Source of the DNA: an uncultured Bacteroidia bacterium | GTDB lineage: Bacteria; Bacteroidota; Bacteroidia; Bacteroidales; ML635J-15 | Length of the DNA stretch: 64,000 bases | Direction: 5' to 3' | Assembly (NCBI GenBank): GCA_902776565.1 | Contig: CACYQN010000007.1 | Span: 122,246-186,245 of the forward strand | Shown: positions 55,020 through 64,000 of the stretch, in pieces | How positions within the stretch are numbered: the stretch's first letter is position 1 | Layout: every line of letters begins with the position of its first letter | Made by a program: the position numbers and the translations under genes | Notes under the pieces: model-generated | Told to the model about the DNA's origin: nothing | Databases searched by the model: none | The model's input: only the letters and a program-made list of their open reading frames with translations

Positions 55020-55021
55020 AT

Positions 55022-55330
55022 ATGTCAGAAGATTTAGAAAAAAGAGAAGTATCGCACGTTGGTGCATGGATTTGGGCTGTGCTTGGAATAATATATGCCA
55101 TATCGCCAGTCGACCTATTACCCGACGTAATTCCTGTTGCAGGATGGGTTGACGATATACTGATTACAGTAACGGGCGGCTTAAATCTTATCCAGTCGTA
55201 CCTCAAAGAATCCAACGAGCACCTTGCAAAGATTGTCAAGGGCATCAAATGGGTTCTGATAGTGCTTGGAATTTTAATTATCGCTATTATTGCACTTGTG
55301 GTGGTTGGAATTGCAAATTTGTTTGCATAA
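55022..55330 (+). CDS. YkvA/DUF1232 family membrane protein
   Basis: YAISPVDLLPDVIPVAGWVDD. Confidence 0.88.
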   Translation: MSEDLEKREVSHVGAWIWAVLGIIYAISPVDLLPDVIPVAGWVDDILITVTGGLNLIQSYLKESNEHLAKIVKGIKWVLIVLGILIIAIIALVVVGIANLFA

Positions 55331-55343
55331 ATAAGTCCGCACA

Positions 55344-55441
55344 CTGAGCTTGTCGAAAATCCAGCTCCCTGAGCGTAGTCGAAGGGTCTGGTTAATGTAA
55401 AGCATTCAGCATTGCATTTCTACCCTTCGACAGGCTCAGGG
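55344..55441. repeat. REP-like cluster (inverted pair plus one partial copy)
   Basis: ctgagcttgtcgaa; ccctgagcgtagtcgaaggg (55367-55386) inverted against cccttcgacaggctcaggg (55423-55441). Confidence 0.8.
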
Positions 55442-55448
55442 TGCAGAG

Positions 55449-55517
55449 AATCGTAAATCGTAAATCAATTGCATCTCGTCAGCCAAATCGTAAATCGTAA
55501 ATCTAAAATCCTAAATC
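55449..55517 (+). repeat. AAATCGT heptamer arrays (two blocks)
   Basis: aatcgt aaatcgt aaatc ... aaatcgt aaatcgt aaatcta aaatcct aaatc. Confidence 0.75.
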
Positions 55518-55524
55518 AAATTTT

Positions 55525-56013
55525 ATGTTATCGCTTTTTCAGAAAATTCAAATAAAGATAGAGACCGGCTGGTCGTCGGCAATAGTTGACTACATCCGCG
55601 ACATGGACGAAGCAAATGTGTATATCAAGGCAGGGCTCAAGGAAGGTCGCGTCAACGGCAAGGCAGCCTTGCTTAACCCGGCAATCGTCGGCGAGGCATT
55701 CAACTGTCGTAACTGGTACGGACGCAAGCATCCCGAATACTGGGACTGGTGCAATGCCGACCTTATGGGCGAAGGCTACCCGCCTCACGACGAGAATGGC
55801 GACCCGTACGAACTGCACCACATAGGTCAGCAGCCCGATTCACCGCTTGCCGAACTCTCCGCCGCACAGCATCACGACAACGGCAATTTCCAGATTCTGC
55901 ATCAGTTCGACGACTACTCCACCATCGAGCGCGACGAGTTCACACGAGAACGCGAACGCCACTGGATGGCACGGTTCAAGGATTTCAAGGACTGTTATTC
56001 GCGGATGAAATAA
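55525..56013 (+). CDS. HNH/ENDO VII nuclease, LHH type
   Basis: YELHHIGQ...SPLAELS...H...ILH...R..F...R..HW..R. Confidence 0.8.
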   Translation: MLSLFQKIQIKIETGWSSAIVDYIRDMDEANVYIKAGLKEGRVNGKAALLNPAIVGEAFNCRNWYGRKHPEYWDWCNADLMGEGYPPHDENGDPYELHHIGQQPDSPLAELSAAQHHDNGNFQILHQFDDYSTIERDEFTRERERHWMARFKDFKDCYSRMK

Positions 56014-56015
56014 AA

Positions 56016-56040
56016 AAGGTCGTCAGAAACTGACGACCTT
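56016..56040. terminator. Terminator hairpin (rplT side, possibly bidirectional)
   Basis: aaggtcgtcag-aaa-ctgacgacctt. Confidence 0.75.
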
Positions 56041-56069
56041 AATTATATCACCTATTCCAAAAATATCAA

Positions 56070-56414
56070 TTATTTTACCTTGTTGCAGATTGCTGCAAAT
56101 GCTTCTGGGTTGTTCATAGCGAGGTCGGCAAGAACCTTACGGTTGATGTCAACATTTGCTGCGTGAAGCTTACCCATCAATTGAGAATAACTCAAACCAT
56201 TTAGACGAGCACCAGCATTAATTCTCTGAATCCACAATGCGCGGAATTCTCTCTTCTTGTTTTTTCTGTCTCTGTATGCATAAGCAAGACCTTTCTCGTA
56301 TGCGTTCTTTGCTACGGTCCAAACCTTACTTCTTGCTCCAAAATAACCTCTAGTCTGAGAAAGAACTTTTCTTCTCCTGTTTCTAGCGGCAACTACGTTT
56401 ACACTTCTTGGCAT
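56070..56414 (-). CDS. rplT: 50S ribosomal protein L20
   Basis: [27 protein letters not shown]. Confidence 0.98.
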   Translation of the reverse strand: MPRSVNVVAARNRRRKVLSQTRGYFGARSKVWTVAKNAYEKGLAYAYRDRKNKKREFRALWIQRINAGARLNGLSYSQLMGKLHAANVDINRKVLADLAMNNPEAFAAICNKVK

Positions 56415-56511
56415 AATCTTAAAATTTGCGAACGTTAGCGTCCTTTTGATCGGAACTTGCGGCTAAACGTTCTGGTTCATAATTTAATTAATCATTCTAA
56501 CTACGCAGAAA

Positions 56512-56709
56512 CTATTTCATTCCAAGCAACAACTTTACAGATTTTTCCTTGTTTTCTGCTACTGTTGTGTAGTGAGCAAGTTCTCTTTTGCGCTTAGTAG
56601 CCTTCTTGGTCAGGATGTGACTCTTGAAAGCGTGTCTTCTTTTGATTTTACCGGTTCCGGTCAAGAAAAATCTTTTCTTAGCTCCGGAATTAGTCTTCAT
56701 TTTTGGCAT
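56512..56709 (-). CDS. rpmI: 50S ribosomal protein L35
   Basis: [14 protein letters not shown]. Confidence 0.98.
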   Translation of the reverse strand: MPKMKTNSGAKKRFFLTGTGKIKRRHAFKSHILTKKATKRKRELAHYTTVAENKEKSVKLLLGMK

Positions 56710-56730
56710 TGTTCTAAATTTTTAAAGTTA

Positions 56731-57264
56731 TTATTTCTTTTTAGGTTTAGGTGATATCACAATTTGCATTTTCTTACCTTCGAGCTTGGGCATCTGGTCA
56801 ATCTTGCCGTACTCCTCGAGGTCGTTTGCGAGCTTCAGAAGCAATATTTCGCCCTGTTCCTTATACACAATCGAACGTCCCTTGAAAAATACGTATGCCT
56901 TTACCTTGTTGCCTTCGTCGAGGAATCTCTTGGCATGGTTCAGCTTGAAGTTGTAGTCGTGGTCATCTGTCTGAGGGCCAAAGCGCAACTCCTTGATTGT
57001 CATCGTATGAGTCTTGCTCTGCAACTCCTTCTGCTTGCGCTTCTGCTGATAAAGGAATTTCTGGTAGTCGATAACCTTGCATACGGGCGGATCGGCGGTC
57101 GGAACTATTTCTACCAAGTCCATCTCGAGTTGTTCCGCAATGTCCAAAGCTTCCCTAATGCTGTAAACTCCAGGTTTATCAACATTATCGCCTGTTACAC
57201 GTACAAATGGTGCGCGAATTGCGCGATTAATTCTGTGTTCGTTTTGCTGATTTTCTTTTGCCAT
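56731..57264 (-). CDS. infC: Translation initiation factor IF-3
   Basis: RINRAI, DLVEI...[13 protein letters not shown]. Confidence 0.97.
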   Translation of the reverse strand: MAKENQQNEHRINRAIRAPFVRVTGDNVDKPGVYSIREALDIAEQLEMDLVEIVPTADPPVCKVIDYQKFLYQQKRKQKELQSKTHTMTIKELRFGPQTDDHDYNFKLNHAKRFLDEGNKVKAYVFFKGRSIVYKEQGEILLLKLANDLEEYGKIDQMPKLEGKKMQIVISPKPKKK

Positions 57265-57297
57265 ATAAATTTTATAAAAAACTTTTACCTCCTTTTA

Positions 57298-59235
57298 TTA
57301 GTCAATATACTTCTTAACTTCATCGTTTACAATCTTTGCGAATTCTTCGACAGTCATTGCGCCCATATCGCCTGCGCCCTGCTTGCGAACCGAAAGCTGT
57401 CCGTTTTCCTGTTCCTTCTCGCCTACAATCAGCAAGTAAGGTATTCTCTTCAATTCGTTGTCGCGAATCTTACGGCCAATCTTTTCGTTTCTCTCGTCGA
57501 TGATACCGTTTACATTCAGGTCCTTAAGCTTGTTCACTACTTCGTGGGCATAGTCGTTGAACTTTTCGCTGATTGGCAATACTACAAACTGGTTCGGAGC
57601 AAGCCAAATCGGGAACTTGCCTGCGGTGTGCTCGATAAGAACAGCAACAAAGCGTTCCATTGAGCCGAACGGTGCGCGGTGAATCATTACCGGACGGTGC
57701 TTCTTGTTGTCTTCGCCAACATATTCGAGTTCGAAGCGCTCGGGCAAATTGTAGTCAACCTGGATTGTCCCAAGCTGCCAACGACGACCGATAGCGTCCT
57801 TTACCATGAAGTCCAACTTAGGACCGTAGAAAGCTGCCTCACCATATTCTACGCGTGCGGGAAGATTCTTTTCCTTGCAAGCATCGATGATTGCCTGTTC
57901 TGCCATTGCCCAAACCTCGTCGGAGCCAACATACTTGGTGGTGTTGTTGGGGTCGCGGAGCGAAATCTGTGCTTCGAAGTTCTGGAAATCGAGAGCCTTG
58001 AAGATGATTTCGATGATTTCCATTACGCGGATGAACTCCTGCTTAACCTGGTCCTGACGGCAGAAGATGTGTGCATCGTCCTGTGTGAACGAACGAACGC
58101 GGGTAAGTCCGTGCAATTCGCCCGACTGCTCGTAGCGGTAAACTGTACCGAATTCAGCAATACGCAGAGGCAAATCCTTGTAGCTGCGTGGGCTGTTCTT
58201 GAAAATCATACAGTGGTGAGGGCAGTTCATCGGCTTGAGCAAGTACATTTCACCTTCTTCGGGAGTGGTAATCGGCTGGAACGAATCCTTGCCGTAGTGG
58301 TCCCAGTGACCCGATGTTACATACAAAGCCTTGTTTCCGATGTGCGGAGTCATAACCTGCTGGTATCCGTAGCGTTTCTGGATTTTCTTGAGGAAATCTT
58401 CGAGACGCAGACGCAATGCTGTACCGTTTGGCAACCAGATAGGCAAGCCCTTGCCAACCATATCGGAGAACATGAAAAGTTCGAGTTCCTTGCCGATTTT
58501 GCGGTGGTCACGCTTCTTGGCTTCTTCGAGCATAGTGATGTATTCTTCCAACATCTTCTGCTTCGGGAAGCTGATACCGTAAACGCGGGTAAGCTGCTTG
58601 CGGGTTTCGTCGCCACGCCAGTAAGCGCCAGCCAAGCTCAATACCTGAATAGCCTTCACATAGCCGGTTGACGGGATATGCGGACCCTTGCAGAGGTCGG
58701 TGAATTCGCCCTGATTGTAAAGGGTAATCTTGCCGTCCTCGAGTTCGGAGATGAGTTCAACCTTGTATTCGTCGCCGCGTTCCTCGAACAACTTGAGAGC
58801 ATCGGCCTTCGAGATGTCCTTTCTTACGAGCTTTGAATCGGCACGGCAGATTTCCATCATCTTATTGTTGATTGCTGCGAAATCGTTTTCCGAAAGGATT
58901 TTTCCGTCGGGAAGTTCGATGTCGTAGTAGAAACCGTTTTCTACTGCAGGACCGATACCGAACTTTGTTCCTGGGAACAACTTCTGAATGGCCTCGGCCA
59001 TGATATGTGAAGAGGTGTGCCAGAAAGCGTGCTTGCCTTCCTCGTCCTCGAACTTGTGCAACTTTATGGAAGCATCTTCCGTTATTGGCATGGTCAAATC
59101 CTGAACCTTACCATTTACACTGATAGAAAGCACTTCCTTGGCAAGCCTCGGACTGATGCTTTCAGCTATTTCCATACCAGTAACACCTTGCTGGTATTCC
59201 TTAACCGAACCGTCGGGTAAAGTAATTTTTATCAT
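57298..59235 (-). CDS. thrS: Threonine--tRNA ligase
   Basis: TGS domain, [34 protein letters not shown]. Confidence 0.99.
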   Translation of the reverse strand: MIKITLPDGSVKEYQQGVTGMEIAESISPRLAKEVLSISVNGKVQDLTMPITEDASIKLHKFEDEEGKHAFWHTSSHIMAEAIQKLFPGTKFGIGPAVENGFYYDIELPDGKILSENDFAAINNKMMEICRADSKLVRKDISKADALKLFEERGDEYKVELISELEDGKITLYNQGEFTDLCKGPHIPSTGYVKAIQVLSLAGAYWRGDETRKQLTRVYGISFPKQKMLEEYITMLEEAKKRDHRKIGKELELFMFSDMVGKGLPIWLPNGTALRLRLEDFLKKIQKRYGYQQVMTPHIGNKALYVTSGHWDHYGKDSFQPITTPEEGEMYLLKPMNCPHHCMIFKNSPRSYKDLPLRIAEFGTVYRYEQSGELHGLTRVRSFTQDDAHIFCRQDQVKQEFIRVMEIIEIIFKALDFQNFEAQISLRDPNNTTKYVGSDEVWAMAEQAIIDACKEKNLPARVEYGEAAFYGPKLDFMVKDAIGRRWQLGTIQVDYNLPERFELEYVGEDNKKHRPVMIHRAPFGSMERFVAVLIEHTAGKFPIWLAPNQFVVLPISEKFNDYAHEVVNKLKDLNVNGIIDERNEKIGRKIRDNELKRIPYLLIVGEKEQENGQLSVRKQGAGDMGAMTVEEFAKIVNDEVKKYID

Positions 59236-59513
59236 CTTATTCTTTTATAGTCAAAAATTTCGCGCAAAATTATCACTTTTTTTTCAGATACACAGCGGTA
59301 ATCGGAAAATAATTTTTCGCACATAATCCACTATGCATCAATGTTTTAAAACATTTAGCAGTGATTAAAGCAAATTTAATCTAGCCTTGCAAGCAAGCAA
59401 ATTGTTCATAATCGGTTAATTTTTTGAACATAAAATAGTTGCGGAAGGATTAGCCACTATTTTTGTTTGTGACAAATAATTTCTTACTTTTGTGCCATAT
59501 AAAAAATACTAAC

Positions 59514-60740
59514 ATGAGGGAACACACAAAAACTTTCGCTTTCATAAAAGCAATGACCATAATTCTGGTCAGCCTGACATCGTTGCAGTCGGAAGCACAA
59601 ATCGCTAAAGCATTTGATTTCAACATTGCCAACACCGATTTTGTAGATACTGTGAAAATAAAGATTTGGAACGGGGCTGCTGTAGTCCCGGTAGAGATTA
59701 ACGGAGTTGTAAGAAACATGCTGTTCGACACTGGAGCGCAGACTGGCTTCTGGATAGGAAAAGAGGAGGACTGGATGATAGCGTCGGGCGACAGTGTAAA
59801 AACCGTCGACTCACAAAAAGCAATGCTTAAGAAAGCTATTCACAAGTGCCCGACCATTAAGATGGGCAACATTAGCATCGAAAACTACCCTATTATTGTT
59901 GACAACGGCTTAAGCCAATACACCTGCGGAATTATTGATGGCGCACTTGCGTTCGACCTTATCTGCAAAAAAGGTCTTTCGTTCAAATTCGACACCAAAG
60001 ACAGCCTGATGATAGTAACCGACCGCAAGGGATTCTTCGCCAAGGAGGAGAAAGGACATAAAATACTGAAATACGATTCGAGCAGACCGACATTTTTCGT
60101 AAAGTTCCCGTTTTCCAAAATCAGGATGCTCTTCGACTCGGGAAATGTAGGTGGCTGGTTCGACCTTCCTCAAGAGCTGCTTGACCGCTGGGGGAAAAAA
60201 GACCAGAAGATGAAACAGAAAATAGATGAAATGACTTTACATACAGATACTTCAGTCCTATCGAGCGCTGGTCTCTTTGGTGCCACCTTCGACACTGTTG
60301 CATACAGGATTCTTCGTATTCCGCAGGTAGAGATTGGAGACCTTACATTCAAGGACTTGTGTATTTCGACCAATACTGCCATGCTGAAACTTGGTACGGC
60401 CGTAATGCAACACGCATCTCTTATTATCGATGCTCCAAAACGGCGCTTTGTGCTGCTTCCTCACGATGGAAAGTCGGAAGTTGTTGTTGCAAACAAAATA
60501 ACAAGGGGACTCTCATTTAGACCAGCCGAAGATGGAGACACTCTTGGCGTAGCAAGGGCTATTGTAAAAAAAGGTTTGGATGCATACAAAAAAGGCGTTC
60601 GCTCTGGCGACTACCTGATAAGCATCGACGGAATTCCTGTTACAGATTATTGCACATTTAGGTTGCTGGAACCGCATGACGATATAATGCATTATGTGCT
60701 CCGCAGTCCCGAAGGGGAAATAAAAGAAGTGGACTTGTAA
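59514..60740 (+). CDS. Secreted aspartyl protease (two retropepsin-like lobes) with C-terminal PDZ domain
   Basis: FDTGA and FDSGN motifs; GVRSGDYLISIDG PDZ-like segment. Confidence 0.75.
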   Translation: MREHTKTFAFIKAMTIILVSLTSLQSEAQIAKAFDFNIANTDFVDTVKIKIWNGAAVVPVEINGVVRNMLFDTGAQTGFWIGKEEDWMIASGDSVKTVDSQKAMLKKAIHKCPTIKMGNISIENYPIIVDNGLSQYTCGIIDGALAFDLICKKGLSFKFDTKDSLMIVTDRKGFFAKEEKGHKILKYDSSRPTFFVKFPFSKIRMLFDSGNVGGWFDLPQELLDRWGKKDQKMKQKIDEMTLHTDTSVLSSAGLFGATFDTVAYRILRIPQVEIGDLTFKDLCISTNTAMLKLGTAVMQHASLIIDAPKRRFVLLPHDGKSEVVVANKITRGLSFRPAEDGDTLGVARAIVKKGLDAYKKGVRSGDYLISIDGIPVTDYCTFRLLEPHDDIMHYVLRSPEGEIKEVDL

Positions 60741-60778
60741 CATTATTCCAAGGCTCCTGAGACTAAAGAGCAACTACT

Positions 60779-61402
60779 CTACACCAGGTGCCTCTCTATT
60801 GCAGTCCGTACCAGCGACGCAGTATTCCCGCAGCCCAACTTTCTTCTAAGGCACTTAGTATAGCTGTGTACGGTCTCGAACGCAAGGCACAACTTGCCGG
60901 AAATCTCCTTAACAGTATAGCCTTCGACCATCAACTGCAAAACTTCACGTTCGCGCAGAGTTAGCATTGGCGGCACTTCAGGATTCTCAGCAATTAGAGC
61001 AGCGGCTTCTTCACATATAAATGTTGCCGATTCCACTACCCTGCGAATACCTGTCAGCAGTTCGTTTACGCCAATGCTTTTCAGCACATAGCCATTTGCA
61101 CCGCCCTGCATAGCGCGATGGACAACCGCAGATTCGGCGTATGTTGTAAAAATCAGGAACCGAGCCGAGGGGCAAATTGCCGAAAAACGCGGAATAGCAT
61201 CAATACCATCGCCATCGGGCATGCCTACATCTAACAAAACAACCTGCGGATTGCGCTCTTCGAGCATACTGGTGGCTTCCGCCAAGGTACATGCAATACC
61301 GACAACCTCTACATCATCTGTTTCGGCAATCAACTTTGCCAAGCCTTCTGCCACTACCCTATGGTCGTCAACTATAACTACGCTTATCATACTCTGTTGC
61401 AA
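60779..61402 (-). CDS. NarL/LuxR family response regulator
   Basis: VDDH, LDVGMP, GYVLK, LTLREREVL HTH. Confidence 0.92.
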   Translation of the reverse strand: MQQSMISVVIVDDHRVVAEGLAKLIAETDDVEVVGIACTLAEATSMLEERNPQVVLLDVGMPDGDGIDAIPRFSAICPSARFLIFTTYAESAVVHRAMQGGANGYVLKSIGVNELLTGIRRVVESATFICEEAAALIAENPEVPPMLTLREREVLQLMVEGYTVKEISGKLCLAFETVHSYTKCLRRKLGCGNTASLVRTAIERHLV

Positions 61403-63322
61403 TTACTTGTTCCTAATCTCTATGTTCACCTCGCTACCTTTGCCCGGTTCAGAGCACACATCGAAAGTTCCGCCAATGGCATCGACCCTCTCCTTTATGT
61501 TGCGCATACCCGAGCCTTCTGTCGAAACAGCAATCCCGCCATTGCCGTCGTCGCTAACATTGACGACGATAGTTTCGGCATCGGCAAACAACTGAACCCG
61601 TATATGATTGGCTTCGGCATTCTTTACCGCATTGTTAACCAATTCGTACACAATGCAATACACAGCCTCATCGTACTGATTGGGAATTAATTTTTCGTCA
61701 CCGACAAACGAAAACGAAACATTCTTCATTGTACGGCAATAATCACCCAGCGCAACCCTAAGTCCGTACCGCTTGAGCGACTCGGGAAGAAGATGATGGG
61801 CCACATTGCGCATTTCGCGCATAGCCTCGTCGGTCTGTGCCTTGGCTGTAAGTATCGACTCGTTGGTTTCGCCAGGATTTTCGGCATATTCCAGGTTGCG
61901 CTTAATGCTTGTCAGCAATCCACCCATACGGTCGTGCAGGTCGCGGGCAATGCGTACACGCTCGGCGACTTCTCCGCTCAACTTTGCCACAACGATGGCA
62001 TTCTGCCTGTTTTTGCGCACATTGCGCCACAACAGGAAAAACAACAATGCCACCAGAAGCATTATGCAACCAATAAGAACAGAACCTATCATATACCACC
62101 GCTTCTCACGGGTAAGCTGTTCGATGGCAGCCTGCTTCTTCTCGGTTTCGTACAGCACCGCCATCTGCGAAAGCCCCGACTGATAGTTTGAATTGGCAAA
62201 CTGCGCCATTCCTCTGAAAATCTTTTCAGAGTATTCCTTCACACCTTCATTATTTCCAAGTTCGGCGTATATCTGCGCCAGATAAACATATACTCCAATG
62301 TCATCATAGGTTTCATATTCATCTTCGAGCGACATAAGGGCATATTCCTCGGCTTTTTTCCACTGCTTGCGTGCCATTGCCAGTTCGCAGCAGGCGGTAT
62401 AGACATTGCTCCTTGTCTCCCAGCCTGTCTCATCATCAAGCAACGACAATGCTTCCGAAATGTATCCCTCGGCACGGTCCAAGTCCTTGTAATGATTCAT
62501 CTGCAACCTCGCAAACGCAAGGATAGTCACAATGTAGTCGCCTTTTTCCTCCTCGATATGATTGCGGTAATATTCGTAGCAGACATTTGCAGCCTCCTCG
62601 ACCTTTGCCATATCGCCGGCATCATTATATATCGCCACCAAACCCTTGTGCGACATGGCAACAAGCAGAGAATCGCCAGACTTCTGTGCAGCATCTACAG
62701 CCATAAGATAGTTGCTACGGGCTTCGTCCGAATTGCCCATGCTATTGTACAGTTCACCTATATTATAATAAAGTATAGCTGTAGACTCCAACCAGCCGTA
62801 CTTTTCGAAAATGGGAAGAGCCTTCTGGTAATAATGTATTGCAAGATGAACCTTGTCCTGCATATTATATACGTTGGCAATGGAACCGTATATAACACTC
62901 AGGTTGTCGTCGATGTCGGATTCGCTGTAGCGGCTGTCGTTCTTCATCGAGTCGCTGACCTCCAAGGCACGATTGTAGTATTCGATTGCAACATCATAAT
63001 CGTCGTTGCCGTAGGCGATGAGCCCTAGTACACGCAGGGCATCGGCACGAGCGTTGAGCATATTCTCCTCGTACGACAGGTCGATAGCCTTTAGGGCATA
63101 TTGCCGCGACTTTGCCCCATCGGTATTCAGATAGCCCCACATCAAGTTGTTGTACGCCTTCATCAGTTCTTGTCCTTGGGGCGGATTGCTGCCGTTCAGC
63201 ACCATCTCGAGCGAATCGACATTCCTGTTACGATGGTCGGAATACTGACCGTATCCAGCCAAACACACAACCGACAGCCATAGCAAAGCGAGAATATGTA
63301 CAAAAAACCTTTCCATTAACAT
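61403..63322 (-). CDS. TPR-containing sensor histidine kinase (HisKA_3)
   Basis: Signal peptide, TPRs, TM helix, ERVRIARDLHD, ELVNNAVK, DDGNG, GSGMRN. Confidence 0.9.
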   Translation of the reverse strand: MLMERFFVHILALLWLSVVCLAGYGQYSDHRNRNVDSLEMVLNGSNPPQGQELMKAYNNLMWGYLNTDGAKSRQYALKAIDLSYEENMLNARADALRVLGLIAYGNDDYDVAIEYYNRALEVSDSMKNDSRYSESDIDDNLSVIYGSIANVYNMQDKVHLAIHYYQKALPIFEKYGWLESTAILYYNIGELYNSMGNSDEARSNYLMAVDAAQKSGDSLLVAMSHKGLVAIYNDAGDMAKVEEAANVCYEYYRNHIEEEKGDYIVTILAFARLQMNHYKDLDRAEGYISEALSLLDDETGWETRSNVYTACCELAMARKQWKKAEEYALMSLEDEYETYDDIGVYVYLAQIYAELGNNEGVKEYSEKIFRGMAQFANSNYQSGLSQMAVLYETEKKQAAIEQLTREKRWYMIGSVLIGCIMLLVALLFFLLWRNVRKNRQNAIVVAKLSGEVAERVRIARDLHDRMGGLLTSIKRNLEYAENPGETNESILTAKAQTDEAMREMRNVAHHLLPESLKRYGLRVALGDYCRTMKNVSFSFVGDEKLIPNQYDEAVYCIVYELVNNAVKNAEANHIRVQLFADAETIVVNVSDDGNGGIAVSTEGSGMRNIKERVDAIGGTFDVCSEPGKGSEVNIEIRNK

Positions 63323-63476
63323 TGTGCAAAAATATAGCTTTTACTGTCAAAAAAAGAATAAAAAGTCGTCAAAAAAATCCCCCATTTGGGGGATTGCATA
63401 AAATTCCCTTCGGCAAGATATTTGTTTTGATAAAGTTATAATGCATAATTGTCTAATTTTAACAAACTTAAATAGT

Positions 63477-64000
63477 ATGAAACGATTATTAATTATCGCG
63501 ATGGCATTCCTTATTGGAATATTAGCCATGAATTCTTGTATCAAAGAATACACAATCACAGTGACCTCTAACAACAGCGAATGGGGAACCGTTGCAGGTA
63601 CAGGCACCTACCTTGCAAATTCGGAAATTGTAATCACAGCAATCCCGGCAGCCGGCTACTATTTCATCAAGTGGGACGACGAAAACACCGACAACCCGCG
63701 TACCGTTATAGTAAACGGCGACAAGACCTATCAAGCAATCTTCTCCAACAATCCCAATGGTGGCGGACAAGGTGGAAACGGCTCATCGGTAACTTTCAGC
63801 GACAACATTAGCGAAAACACTACTTGGCCAGACCTTGGTCTCGAAGTTGACTACATCGTTGAAGGCTGGATTAACATTGAAGGCAACGCTCTGCTTACCA
63901 TTGAACCAGGTGTAACAATTATGTTCACAGGCGAAAATGGTGGTATGACAGTACACGAAAATGCAGGTTTGCGTATGGTTGGTACTGCCGACAGACCCAT
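63477..64000 (+). CDS. Lipoprotein with InlB B-repeat-like domain and a probable beta-helix (3' truncated; not in the ORF track)
   Basis: Manual translation: MKRLLIIAMAFLIGILAMNSC-IKEYTITVTSNNSEWGTVAGTGTY...GYYFIKWDDENTDNPRT...LTIEPGVTIMF. Confidence 0.8.
   Translation, partial: MKRLLIIAMAFLIGILAMNSCIKEYTITVTSNNSEWGTVAGTGTYLANSEIVITAIPAAGYYFIKWDDENTDNPRTVIVNGDKTYQAIFSNNPNGGGQGGNGSSVTFSDNISENTTWPDLGLEVDYIVEGWINIEGNALLTIEPGVTIMFTGENGGMTVHENAGLRMVGTADRP

Overview
Bacteroidales-type chromosomal segment, judged from TAnnTTTG promoters, mostly Shine-Dalgarno (SD)-free starts, ruvA-sprA-gcvH synteny and the Bacteroidales PGK insertion. Core content: rpsU-xerC-hpf, tRNA-Thr/Tyr/Gly/Thr-tuf-tRNA-Trp-secE-nusG-rplKAJL-rpoBC, mpl, ruvA-sprA-gcvH, pgk, secDF, tRNA-fMet, thrS-infC-rpmI-rplT and glmM. 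Accessory content: a secreted TPR-CHAT protease, a four-gene cassette (small T9SS cargo plus three paralogous fibre-like proteins with lectin-type tips), a C10 protease, an M16 peptidase, an orphan kamD, an LHH nuclease islet and a TPR sensor kinase/response regulator pair. The strongest candidates for novelty are (1) a PGK fused to an extra, degenerate copy of its nucleotide-binding domain, (2) the T9SS-linked fibre cassette and (3) a ~230-bp inverted-repeat element family whose internal REP-like cassette is inverted or replaced between copies. All calls come from reading the sequence and motif recognition; no database searches were run.
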